Shown: piece by piece, positions 10,415 through 20,000 of the stretch | How positions within the stretch are numbered: the stretch's first letter is position 1 | Layout of the letters: the number at the start of each line of letters is the position of its first letter | From: Chiloscyllium plagiosum | Taxonomy: Eukaryota | Direction of reading: 5' to 3' | NCBI RefSeq assembly: GCF_004010195.1 | Contig: NC_057719.1 | Location: 47,798,901 to 47,818,900 of the forward strand | DNA: 20,000 nt | The notes under the pieces: generated by a model | What the model saw: the letters and a program-made list of their open reading frames with translations, nothing else | Database searches by the model: none | Told to the model about the DNA's origin: nothing | Position numbers and translations under genes: made by a program

Positions 10415-10450
10415 TACTAGCTTTCAGAGTGCTGCTCCTTCATCAGGTAG
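10415..10450 (-). ncRNA. Minimal type-I hammerhead ribozyme motif (best preserved overall)
   Basis: Minus strand: UAC-CUGAUGA-A-GGAGC-AGC-ACUCU-GAAAG-CUA-GUA. Stem I is UAC/GUA, stem II has 4 pairs including one G-U, and stem III is the palindrome AGCU. Confidence 0.65.
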
Positions 10451-10609
10451 CTGTGGAGCAAGATCATAAGACACAGAATTTATAGTAAAAGGTCATAGTG
10501 TCATGTAATGATACGATATATTACCCCAGTGCAACACCGGCACCTCCACATCATGGCTACCATCGACACCATGAACTGCTGGCTGAAAGTGGAGAGAATC
10601 TCCAAGAAG

Positions 10610-10907
10610 GGGCAGCACGATGGCACACTGCTGCTTCACAGCGCCTGAGACCCGGGTTCAATTCCCGCCTCAGGTGACTGTCTTGTGTGGAGTTTGCACA
10701 TTCTCCCCGTGTCTGTGTGGGTTTTCTCTGGGTGCTCCAGTTTCCTCCCACAGTCCAAAAACGTGCAGGTTAGGTGAATTGGCTATGCTAAATTGCACGT
10801 AGTGTTAGGTGAAGGGGTAAATGTAGGGGAATGGGTGGGTTGCGCTTCGGCAGTTAGTGTGGACTTGTTGGGCCGAAGAGCCTATTTCCACACTGTAAGT
10901 AATCTAA
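10610..10907 (+). mobile_element. HE1-type tRNA-derived SINE
   Basis: gggcagcacg start, B box gggttcaattccc, central tggagtttgcacattctccccgtgtctg (V-domain like), CR1-like 3' tail ending aatctaa. The A box is partly deleted. Confidence 0.9.
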
Positions 10908-11078
10908 AAAGATCACGCATAATGACAGACATTAAGTTTCTGCAGAAATGCAAGAAAGCAGGAATGATCCCAAAAGGATTACAGATCACAAACCCTCTCA
11001 AGCCAATACATCGTATCAGTTGCATGACACTGGGATCTTTTGCTATAAATTCTATGTTTTATGATCCTGGTCCACAAC

Positions 11079-11113
11079 CACCTGACGAAGGAGCAGTGCT
11101 CTGAAAGCTATTA
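11079..11113 (+). ncRNA. Minimal type-I hammerhead ribozyme motif (core intact, stem I disrupted)
   Basis: CAC-CUGACGA-A-GGAGC-AGU-GCUCU-GAAAG-CUA-UUA. Confidence 0.6.
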
Positions 11114-11869
11114 CTTTCAAATAAACCTGTTGGACAAAAACCTGGTGCTGTGTGAATTTTAAAATTGGATTTTGCAAGTGTAACATGGGCATCTCAATGA
11201 AATAAAAGTTAGTAGCAATGTCTTCAAATGAGACGAATGGTGTCAAAAGTTGTAAAGTTGTAGGACGAGGGGACCATCGCTTCATCATGTCTCATGTAAG
11301 TATTATGATGAACTGTGCTGAGTTCAATGAAAAGTTGAATAATTGAGGTTGGTCTGTGATGAGAAGGGGTGCACCCCATTATTGATGCTGATTATTCAGC
11401 TGTTACAGCACCTTCAGAGTTGGTGCACATGCTGTGACCAGGATGGTGGTGGAGCAGATAACAGACCTCCTGAATATATGGCTGTGCTGCTTTAACCGGT
11501 TTAAGGAGATGGTACCTTCAGTATAGCTTGGACAGAGTACGCTGCATCATCCTGAAGTGTTGTGTTCCGTACAACTGGAGCAGGCAATGAGGTGATGTGG
11601 TAAATGCAATGGAAGTGGGACTTTGGGAACAGTTTTCCGAGAAAAACGACATGGGCATTTGGGAGGAGGAAGCTCTCCTTGTGCATGACAGAGCTCAGCT
11701 GTGTCAGGCTCCAGCTGACAGAGTAGACCTTACTGGCACTCGGTTCTCATCCAATAGACAAGAGCTGGATATGCAGATCATCATACATGTAAATAATGTA
11801 AAATAGTCATTAGTCATGATGCCAGCATTGCATTGTGTATGTGGAATCTCTATTTGTTTTAGAGACTTG

Positions 11870-12453
11870 AACATGTAACAACTGCCCATTTACTTCCTCT
11901 CCCCTTGTTATCCAAGGGCCCCCTTACATTCCTGTTGAAGGGCTTGGGCCTGAAACATCGATTCTACTGATCCTCGGACACTGCCTGACCTGCTGTGCTT
12001 TTCCAGCACCACACTTTTCGACTCTGAATTCCAGCATCTGCAGTCCCCACTTTATCCCAAACATATCTTCCAGGTGAAGCAATGCTTTACCTGTACTTCA
12101 CTGCATCCCTGCTCATAATGTGGTCTCCTCTACATTGGGGAAACAAAGCATAGATTGGGTGACTGCTTCGCAGAACATCTACATTCTGTCCACAAAAAAG
12201 ACCCTGAACTTCCAGTTGCCTGCCACTTCAACACACCACTTTGTTCCCCAGCCAAGATCCCTGTATCTGGCTTGCTGCGGTGCTCCAGAGAAGCTCAGTG
12301 CAAGCTAAAAGAACATCACCTCATTTTCTGTTTGGGAACTGTAAAGCCTTCTGGACTCAATATCGAGTTCAACAATTTTAGGATTTCAGGCACTTCTCCT
12401 ATGTCCTTATCCCAACCCTCACACACACCAGGCCTTATTATCACATGGTTTGC
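11870..12453 (+). mobile_element. Penelope-like element, C-terminal GIY-YIG endonuclease remnant (interrupted at 11924-12058)
   Basis: CPFTSSPLVIQGP|KHIFQVKQCFTCTS..CIPCS*CGLLYIGETKHRLGDCFAEHLHSV...PVACHFN...LIFCLGTVKPSGLNIEF. The YIGET, EH, HF and GLN motifs are those of PLE GIY-YIG domains. Confidence 0.88.
11924..12058 (+). mobile_element. Short PLE pLTR-derived element with mutated hammerhead
   Basis: attcctgttgaagggcttgggcctgaaacatcgattc...ccagcatctgcagtccccacttt is the reverse-complement homologue of 6358-6483. Confidence 0.78.
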
Positions 12454-13420
12454 ATTTTTTGTCATTTATATAAATGATTTGGATGTGAACATAGGATGTA
12501 TGGTTAGTAAGTTTGCAGATGACACCAAAATTGGTACTACAGTGGACAGCCAAGGAGGTTACCTCAGAGTACCATAGGACCTTGATCAAGTGGGCCGATG
12601 GAGTTTAATTTATATCAATGTGAGGAGCTACATTTTGGTAAGGCAAATCAAGGCAGGTCCTATACACTTAATGGTAAGGTCCGAGGGAGTGTTGCCGATG
12701 AAAGATACCTTGGAATGCATCATAGTTTCTTGAAAATGGAGTTTCGCGTACACAGGGTAGTGACAAAGGCATTTGGAATGCTTGCTTTTATTGGCCAATA
12801 CATTGAGTATAGGAGTTGAAAGGTCATGTTGTAAGGGGCATTGGTTAGGCCACTTTTTGAATATTGCATTCAATTCTGGTATCCCTGCTATAGGAAAGAT
12901 GTTGAGAGTCTTGGAAGGGTTCAGAAATGGTCTACAAGGATGTTGTCAGGGTTGAAGGATTTGACCTTATAGCGAGAGGCTGAATAGGCTGGAGCTTTTT
13001 TCCCTGGAGCATCGGAGGCTGAGGGGTAACCTTATAGAGGTTTTTAAGATGATGAGGGGCATGGATAGGGTGATCTTTTCACCCTAGTCAAAATCTTTTC
13101 ACATGGGTAGGGGAGTCAAAAAGGTAAGAGGGGAAAGTTTTAAAAAGGACCGAAGGAATAACTTTTTCACGCAGAGAGTGCTGCGAGTATGGAATGAGCT
13201 GCCAGAGGAAGTGGTGGAGGCTGGTACAATTACAATATTTAAACAACATCTGGATGGTACATGAATAGGAAAGGTTTAGAGGGATATGAGGAAAATGTTG
13301 AAAAATGGGACTAGCTTAATTTAGGATATCTGGTTGGCATTAACGAGTTGGACCAAAGAGTCTGTTTCTGTGCTGTACATCTCTATAATTCTATGCTATA
13401 CTATACTATGCTATGCTATA
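12454..13420 (+). mobile_element. CR1 LINE (HER1-like), 5'-truncated, inserted into the PLE
   Basis: FVIYINDLDVN...SKFADDTKIG and MEFN. Same family as 135-1135. The tail ctctataattctatg is followed by (CTATR)n. Confidence 0.9.
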
Positions 13421-13459
13421 CAAAAACTTCCAGCTCGGCGAACAGAACCACAGCATTCT

Positions 13460-13868
13460 ATGCTATTACACACAACCCATTGTTAGCCACTAATTATCTC
13501 CATTCGTAGCTATTCATTCTCCAAGGCCAATTATTATCCACTGCTTTCTCTGTTCAATTGTTCTTCTCTCTCTTTGGGTTCTATCACCATCTATCAGTTA
13601 TACCTTACCCCTTCCCCTCACCCTATCTTCTGTTTCTTAGCTACCATCAGTTTTGAGGAAGGGTCACTGGACATGAAACATTAACTCTGATTTCTCTGCA
13701 CAACTACTGCCAGACCTGCTGAGCTTTTTCAGAAACAAAACAATTACAGATACTGGAATCCAAAGTAGACAAACAGGGGGCTGGAAGAACACAGCAAGCC
13801 AGGCACCATCAGGAGGTGGAGAAGTCAATATTTCAAATATAAACCTTCCCAGCAATTTCTGTGTTTGC
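13460..13868 (+). mobile_element. 3' UTR/pLTR continuation of the PLE at 11870-12453, with decayed hammerhead
   Basis: 13649-13686 reads AGUU-UUGAGGA-A-GGGUC-ACUG-GACAU-GAAAC-AUU-AACU (stem I AGUU/AACU). It is followed by ctgccagacctgctgagctttt...ccagcaatttctg, split by the insert at 13733-13848. Confidence 0.7.
13733..13848 (-). mobile_element. Short PLE pLTR-derived element (same family as 1824-2004)
   Basis: tactggaatccaaagtagac...ggctggaagaacacagcaagccaggcaccatcaggaggtggagaagtcaa aligns to 1841-1918. Confidence 0.78.
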
Positions 13869-14559
13869 TATTGCCGACTGTGAATAAAAACTCATGTTTG
13901 AATTTCTTGTTGGAGTGTCATGTTCCCCAACTTGACAATGAAAAGATGCAGATATTCAGTAAGTATTGTGCACAGAGTAGCAATAACTAGGAGAGTGTGG
14001 TTTAAATGGAATGCAGCTAAGGACAGATAAACCATGTGACATGGTTGTTAAAAAGCAACCAGTTGAGAGAACAGGATTTTATGTGAGAGGGAGTGTCAGC
14101 CATATTTGCTATGTATCATGAGCACTGTGATATTGTGGCTGCTGTGCCATTACATTGCAAGTAAAAATCAAGGCTGGAGTGCCAATACTTGTCTCCACGC
14201 AGCCTTTCAAAGATGGTGTGGGTGAGAGAAATGTCAACCTTTCAATGGATATCTGCTAAGTGACGCATTGTTCTAGGAACCGCACAGAGTAAGGTGTGGC
14301 TAGAATTGCATGAGAGGCACACTATAGGACCAGGGCAAGTAATTAGTGAGGTAAGTTTGTTAAGATACAGCAACAGATCTTACAGTGAAGCCCTGCAAGA
14401 AACATAATACAACTGACACTTAGCCAAAAACAAATGTACAATTCAGCCCAATGTTTCTACTCCTAAAATCCAGGATCCCATATACCCAATTAACTACTTA
14501 GTAACCTGCTCTGTCATCTTTAGAAATTTGTGTGCAACCACTTCCTGATCTCACTCTTT

Positions 14560-14900
14560 TTTTCAGCTGCTCTAAAACTGATATCTCATATTTTCTCTCC
14601 ACATTATTCTTATCAAATAGTGGCAACTTATTTTTCTGTAATGAATTTCATCAAGCATTTGTCAGCTCAGTCCACTAGCCTGTTTATTATTCTCGAAGTT
14701 TATTGCTATTTTCCTCACTGTTTACAGTGCTACCAAGTTACTTGTTAGCTGGAAATTCCGAAGTCCTACTGCTATTCAGAAGGCTAAGTCCAAGAAATCT
14801 GTAATAAAAATAGCAGTGACCTTCATCCCTTGGAATTCCACAATTCCTCCAATCCAAAAAACCGATGCTCCTCATTTATCCATTCTTGTTTCTAAACACT
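14560..14900 (-). mobile_element. Very old CR1/L2-like RT remnant
   Basis: Weak similarity to the antisense FADD/QGS region (ccaagttacttgttagctggaaatt...ccttggaattccac). Confidence 0.3.
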
Positions 14901-14925
14901 AATTGGCCATCAATGTTAAACTTTC

Positions 14926-15202
14926 AGAAAATGAGGACTGCACGTACTGGAGATCAGAAACAAAATGTGTGGTGCTGGAAAAAGCACAGCAATCAAGCAG
15001 CATCCAAGGAGCAGGAGAGTCGACGCTTCAGGCATAAGCCCTTCATCGGTTTGATCTGGGATCAGGTTGGGGGGGGGAGGGAGATGAGGAAACTGGTAAA
15101 ACTGACATTGATGCAATGTTGGAGGGTCCCCAGGCAGGTGAGGCATTCTTCCTCCGGACATCAGGTGGCTTGGATTTGGTGGTGGTGGAGGCCCAGGACT
15201 TT
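14926..15202 (-). mobile_element. PLE fragment: GIY-YIG C-terminal remnant and pLTR with decayed hammerhead
   Basis: Minus strand VLGLHHHQIQAT*CPEEECLTCLGTLQHCINVSFTSF parallels 12262-12380. 15016-15050 minus reads CCGAUGA-A-GGGC-UUAU-GCCU-GAAGC-GUC. Confidence 0.78.
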
Positions 15203-15618
15203 TATCGCACTCACTATCTGAATGGATTCTGTTCATTTCGAGTTTTTTCTCGTCGCTCGTCGACATAAAAGACACCCCTATCTAGCTAACCACAGCCAGA
15301 TGATGTTAAGGGAATGGAAATATTCACTGTAAAGCAGAGACCAAGTGAGGATTGAGCTAGGATTATTCAACTGACAGGTTAGTTACCTCCTTAGCTCATC
15401 ACCTGTTGTGTTGGCAAGTGCAGTTTTAATTCTATCCACCCTAACGACCCTCCACCATTACTGTGAGCTAAAAAACAAAAATCCTTTATTACTAAAATTA
15501 TTATAAAATTTAAAATTCTAAAATAAGTTAAAATTCTACCTAAAATTAACATTACTTAAACAATCAATTTAAAAATTAATTCAATTATGTCCAAAATAGA
15601 GAAGCTTAAAAGAGTCCA

Positions 15619-16200
15619 TTATGAATCCAAAGAAATTCTTAGCAACTCAAGGGTCAGGGATATAACCAGGTTTGTAATGTGTTGAGCAAATGTCTTACAC
15701 TTTTCGATCCAGAGATCTTTCATCACGTCAGTGTTCTTTTGAACCATTTACCTCGGGACAAATCCATAAAAAGAAACATTGGTTCCTTTAATAGAATCCA
15801 TGATTTCTTTCTCTAAATGTTTATATTTCTCCACCTTCTCCTCCCAAGCTTGCTCTAGCGAATTTTCTTGGTTTTCCACCGAATTGTGACATCAACAACA
15901 ATAATATGACTGTCTTTCTTAAATCTAATATCTGGGATCCAGAGCTTTACATATCCTTTATATGAGGTTCAATATATGTGGTCCATCCTTTAGTTTTAAC
16001 ATATTTAACATATTTAATTAGTTCCTCAGCAATCCTGTTGTGTCTTTTCATGTGCATATTTTTCACATACGGGCACCAGCCCGATGTGCGCGCGACTGTC
16101 TTGATGGCATCATTGCATCCCCTACAATTCTTGGTGTTAAAGGGCCTTCCATATGATAACGATGATCTAGTTGGGTACAAGTTTGTTCGTATTTTTACTT
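15619..16200 (-). pseudogene. R2 ORF C-terminus: CCHC zinc knuckle and PD-(D/E)xK restriction-like endonuclease (frameshifted)
   Basis: ORF 15947..16180 YPTRSSL...CRGCNDAIKTVARTSGWCP...KRHNRIAEEL...EPHIKD. After frameshifts: LWIPDIRFKKDSHIIVVDVTIR, LEQAWEEKVEKYKHLEKE, GKWFKKN and LLRISLDS*. Confidence 0.85.
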
Positions 16201-16783
16201 TTCATGTTTTCATATAATGCATCTTATTTAACCAATTATTAGAGATTTTATCATTTTTAAAATAGTGAATGCCTGCCCCCTTGCTAGGCAGAGCCATCCA
16301 TTTTTGCAATTCCACATTTCTCCATTTCGAATAATTTTTACTGCAATCCTCTTCAATCCCCTCGATATCCTCATTCTCACCATCTTCACTTTTCCTTCTA
16401 ATTGGCTATTACAGAATGGATTCCAAATTTCGTCAAAATTTTCAAAGTGCTCAATTCCTTCATCTTCGTTGTTACACTAATCCCATCGAATTTAAATGAG
16501 GCATGAAGGATTTCGTCAGAAGAGGTAAGCAGCAATTCATTTTTCCTTAATACCGCAATCGGAATAGCATTGATAGCTTATTCAAACCGAGGCTGCTGTC
16601 GCAGCTCCGGGCATATAACATCCCATCTGCAACTGATTGTGGGGGGTGCAAAATTTCTTTCACTGACCCTTTAATTAAACAATCTAATTTATTTAAATAA
16701 TTCTGTGATACTTCAGATAATAATAAATCCTAGGGATAAAATAGGATTTTAATAATTCTATATTCTGCACTGGATTTAATAGT

Positions 16784-17096
16784 GGGCAGCACGGTGGCAC
16801 AGTGGGTTAGCACTGCTGCCTCACAGCACCAGAGTCACAGGTTCAATTCCCGCCTCAGGTGACTGACTGCGTGGAGTTTGCACATTCTCCCAGTGTCTGC
16901 GTGGATTTCCTCCGGGTGCTCCGGTTTCCTCCCACAGTCCAAAGATGTGCAGGTTAGGTGAATTGGCCACGCTAAATTGCCTGTAGTGGGGTAAATGTAG
17001 GGGAATGGGGCTGGGTGGGTTGCGCTCCGGTGGGTCGGCGTGGACTTGTTGGGCCGAAGGGCCTGTTTCCACACTAAGTAATCTAATCTAATCTAA
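16784..17096 (+). mobile_element. HE1-type tRNA-derived SINE inserted in R2
   Basis: A box tggcacagtgg, B box ggttcaattccc, V-like core and (TAATC)n tail. Probable TSD taatag. Confidence 0.92.
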
Positions 17097-17277
17097 TAGC
17101 GAACTCCAAGTTCTTGATCCATTCTCCTAATTGATCTTCCCAGTGTAATAAACTAATTCCAACCCCGGGATCTATTCTTGCTCCTAAATATTTTTCCACA
17201 TTCCCCGGCTCTATATACTGAATATCCTTTTTATTAAGTTTACAATTGGCCCTATTGTTGTCGATAAACATTTTATT

Positions 17278-18076
17278 CAGAGTCATAGAGATGTACAGCA
17301 TGGAAATAGACCCTTCAATCCAACCCGTCCATGCCGACCAGATATCCCAATCCAATCTAATCCCACCTGCCAGCATCCAGCCCATATCCCTCCAAACCCT
17401 TCCTATTCAAATACCCATCCAAATGCCTCTTAAATGTTGCAATTGTACCAGCCTTCACCACACCCTCTGGCAGCTCATTCCATACACGTACCACCCTCTG
17501 CGTGAAAAAGTTGTCCCTTATGTCTCTTTTATATCTATCCCCTCTCACCCTAAACCTATGCCCTCTAGTTCTGGACTCCCCGACCCCAGGGAAAAGACTT
17601 TGTCTATTTATCCAATCCATGCCCCTCATCATTTTGTAAATCTCTATAAGGTCACCCCTCAGCATCCGACGCTTCAGGGAAAACAGCCTCAGCCTGTTCA
17701 GCCTCTCCCTGTAGCTCAGATCCTACAACCCTGGCAACATCCTTGTAAATCTGTTCTGAACCCTTTCAAGTTTCAGAACATCTTTCCAATAGGAAGGAGA
17801 CCAGAATTGCATGCGAATTAAACTCCATCTGCCACTTCTCAGCCCATTGGCTCATCTGGTTCAGATTCTGTTGTAATCGGAGGTAACCCTCTTCGCTGTC
17901 CACTACACCTCCAATTTTGGTGTCATCTGCAAACTTACTAACTGTACCTCTTGTGCTCGCATCCAAATCATTTATGTAAATGACAAAAAGTAGAGGGCCA
18001 GCACCGATCCTTGTGGCACTCCACTGGTCACAGGCCTCCAGTCTGAAAAACAACCCTCCACCACCACCTTCTGTCT
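17278..18076 (-). mobile_element. CR1 LINE (HER1-like) inserted in the R2 RT, with an internal deletion near 17815
   Basis: Closely similar to 135-670 over 17278-17814. It then jumps to MEFN and SKFADDTKIGG (ORF 17766..18110). Confidence 0.92.
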
Positions 18077-19003
18077 TTTCTAATGTTAACCTCCAACCCC
18101 GTACTTTCACAAAATTGCTGTACTAGTTTTAAATTGTATTCTATGCCCTCGTAAGATTGACTTACTAAATCAATATCATGTGCAAAGGTGAGGGAGGCAC
18201 AGTGAAAATCATCACCCCTGGGACTCAAAAAATCCCTCTTTTACCCTCTTCTAACATAGTGACGACAGGGTCCATTACAATGTTAAAAAGAATAGGGGAT
18301 AAAGAGTCGTCTTGTTTGACTCCTTTTAAACTTTTTATCAAATTTGTCTTACAATTAAAACCTTCCACTAACGTATTATCATAATATAAATTTGCTATTA
18401 ATTTAATGAATTCTGGTGGAGCAATAATCTGTTCATGGCTTTAATAATCAGTTTATGACCCACTGTGTCAAAGGCCTTTGCCAGGTCCACGAACACTATC
18501 ACTAGTTGCTGCTTTTTCTTTTGGCCCCATCGATAATGTTTGTGAGGATTTTAATATTCTCCTCACAGCCTGTGACCCCAGTGAGAAAATCTTTTTGACG
18601 TTTATTTAACCTTTTAGCAATGATTTTAGTAAATAGCAGTAATAAAATAGGGCCTATTGTTATTGGTCTCCAATTTTCAATATCTTTTAGTTCTTCTTCA
18701 TCATTAGTTTTCAGAATTAGTACTGCCCTGCTCGTTTTCAGTGAATCTGGGATATTGCCAGTTTTTAGCCAAATTGAAAAAATTCTTGGGATTAAAGTAT
18801 TGTCTTTATTGAATATTTTAATTATATCTTTCACTGACATCTCATCAGGTCCTGCAGCAGATTTAACGTCAGTCACCTTAATGGCCTGAATGATGCCTTC
18901 TACTGTTATTGGCCCAATTAACATATTACTTAAGGAATTGTCTAGTCCACCCTTATATTTCACAAAAGTTCTTAAATTACACTTTTCAGTTGCAACTATT
19001 AGT
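18077..19003 (-). pseudogene. R2 reverse transcriptase domains 0-5 (frameshifted, catalytic FADD changed to FAHD)
   Basis: ORFs 18502..19203 (non-SINE part) and 18028..18228, plus intervening frames VDLAKAFDTVGH and GVKQDDSLSPILFNIVMDP. Confidence 0.88.
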
Positions 19004-19310
19004 GGGCAGCACGGTGGCACAGTGGTTAGCACTGTTGCCTCACAGCGCCAGAGACCCGGGTTCAATTCCCGACTCAGGCGACTGACTGTGTGGAGTTTGC
19101 ACATTCTCCCCGTGTCTGCGTGGGTTTCCTCCGGGTGCTCCGGTTTCCTCCCACAGTCCAAAGATGTGCAGGTCAGGTGAATTGGCCATGCTAAATTGCC
19201 CATAGTGTTAGGTTAAAAGGGGTAAATGTGGGGGTATGGGTGGGTTGCGGGTCGGTGTGGACTTGTTGGGCCGAAGGGCCTGTTTCCACACTGTAAGTAA
19301 TCTAATCTAA
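19004..19310 (+). mobile_element. HE1-type tRNA-derived SINE inserted in R2
   Basis: gggcagcacggtggcacagtggttagc (A box), gggttcaattccc (B box), V-like core and tail gtaatctaatctaa. Confidence 0.93.
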
Positions 19311-19484
19311 TTTACCACTAAAATATTATTCTAAATCTTCTTTAGTCAACGGACAAATACATTTCGTTAGAGCCCCCATTAATGATCTAGCAAGATATTG
19401 CCTTTTAAATTTATACATCATTTGCATTTCTTTAAATTGATCTTTTTTCCTACAGTATTTCTTTCTTGCATTACTTAAAAATGC

Positions 19485-20000
19485 TCAATTTTAGCCTTCT
19501 CAAAATTGATGGCTTTTGATGCCCGTCATATAATTATAGGGGGAGACTTTAATTGTATTATGGATCCGGAAATAGACAGGATTCCCAAGAGTACTGCAGG
19601 AGTATCTCCCAGATCTAGACAATTGATGGATCTGAACAAAGAATTAGGATTAGTAGATGTATGATGTCTTCATCCACAGGGTAGAGATTTCTCTTTCTAC
19701 TCTAATCCACATAAATGTCAAACCAGAATTGATATGTTTTTTGCCCCCTCAATTTTTTAAAATTCCATATCATCCTGTAAAATAGGTAATATAGCAATTT
19801 CTGACCACCCTGCTGTATATATGGAAACTAAGGCGAGGAACAGTGGGACATCCCCTCGGCATTGGCGTATGGACCCCTTCCTAATGAAAGATAGTAAATT
19901 TGTAAAGTACTTCTCTCAAGAATTTAAAACTTTTTTAGAAATTAATTCAGGTACAGCTAGCAACCCGTCAATGATGTGGGAGACCAGCAAAGCTTACACG
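19485..20000 (+). mobile_element. L1-clade LINE ORF2, AP-endonuclease C-terminal half (degenerate, runs off the window)
   Basis: GDFNCIMDPEIDR, LGLVDV*, RDFSFYSNPHKCQTRIDMFF, AISDHPAV, WRMDPFLMKD and MWETSKAY are L1 EN/linker motifs. Confidence 0.85.

Larger units (their letters stand above)
10328..11163 (+). mobile_element. Internally deleted Penelope-like element: inverted pLTR, ORF N-terminus and direct pLTR
   Basis: 10365-10522 is the reverse complement of 11005-11163, and 10328-10357 is the reverse complement of 10523-10552. An ATG at 10553 gives MATIDTMNCWLKVERISKK, continuing after the SINE as TDIKFLQKCKKAGMIPKGLQITNPLK. Confidence 0.78.
15203..19476 (-). mobile_element. R2-clade (RLE-type) non-LTR retrotransposon, 5'-incomplete and decayed, carrying two SINEs and one CR1 insertion
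   Basis: Ordered minus-strand motifs: SAAGPD, WRPITIGPILLLLF, GCEEN, VFVDLAKAFDTV, GVKQDDSLSPILFN, LTFAHD (FADD), EKYLG, DGMLYA, RTNLYPTR, CRGC..SGWC, KRHN, IEPHI, IPDIRF..VVDVT and EKVEKYKHL. The ~400 nt 3' UTR ends at gcgataaaa. Confidence 0.9.

Noticed and set aside
10610..10680. tRNA genes at the SINE heads (also 16784 and 19004)
   Set aside because: A/B boxes are followed by SINE body and LINE-like tail, with no complete cloverleaf.
12155..12577. Apparent GIY-YIG/RT fusion protein (140 aa)
   Set aside because: Chance in-frame junction of a PLE remnant and an inserted CR1. Both are decayed and no proper start exists.
14326..14360. Consensus splice donor gag|gtaagt at 14350
   Set aside because: No convincing upstream acceptor or recognisable coding frame.
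15130..15202. Possible 28S rDNA remnant at the R2 3' junction (gaggcatt)
   Set aside because: Only an 8 bp match, about 55 nt from the junction and inside the PLE GIY-YIG remnant.
17246..17821. 191 aa + strand ORF, with similar ORFs at 40..381 and 362..559
   Set aside because: Antisense shadow of CR1 ORF2 and 3' UTR. The similarity between these ORFs comes from repeat copies.
18502..19203. 233 aa ORF as an intact RT gene with a novel N-terminus
   Set aside because: The first ~66 aa are antisense SINE sequence, and the R2 part frameshifts before the RT catalytic motifs.
19440..19500. HDV-like ribozyme at the R2 5' end
   Set aside because: The element breaks off within the ORF at the L1 junction. 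The 5' UTR and N-terminal zinc-finger/Myb region are not in the window.
1..20000. CRISPR array or prokaryotic operon
   Set aside because: No regularly spaced repeats and no dense intact ORFs. The content is vertebrate interspersed repeats.

Overview
Eukaryotic, repeat-dominated vertebrate DNA. The repeat set (HE1-type tRNA SINEs, HER1/CR1 LINEs, Penelope-like pLTRs) points to a cartilaginous fish, probably a shark (inference). The only host gene segment I can support is the terminal coding exon of a galectin-3-like gene (1185-1334, +), which the ORF track misses. The rest is nested mobile DNA: several CR1 LINE copies (one with a 5' inversion), three full HE1-type SINEs, a solo LTR, an L1-type endonuclease fragment and many Penelope-like element (PLE) fragments. 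Two things stand out. (1) A ~4.3 kb decayed R2-type retrotransposon (RT + CCHC + restriction-like endonuclease, minus strand, 15203-19476) has no 28S rDNA flank. (2) At least seven minimal type-I hammerhead ribozyme motifs occur in several PLE terminal-repeat families, including a ~125 bp unit with a long target-site duplication and an inverted-pLTR mini-element. Most ORFs in the track are retroelement fragments or their antisense shadows. Family assignments rest on recalled motifs, not database searches.
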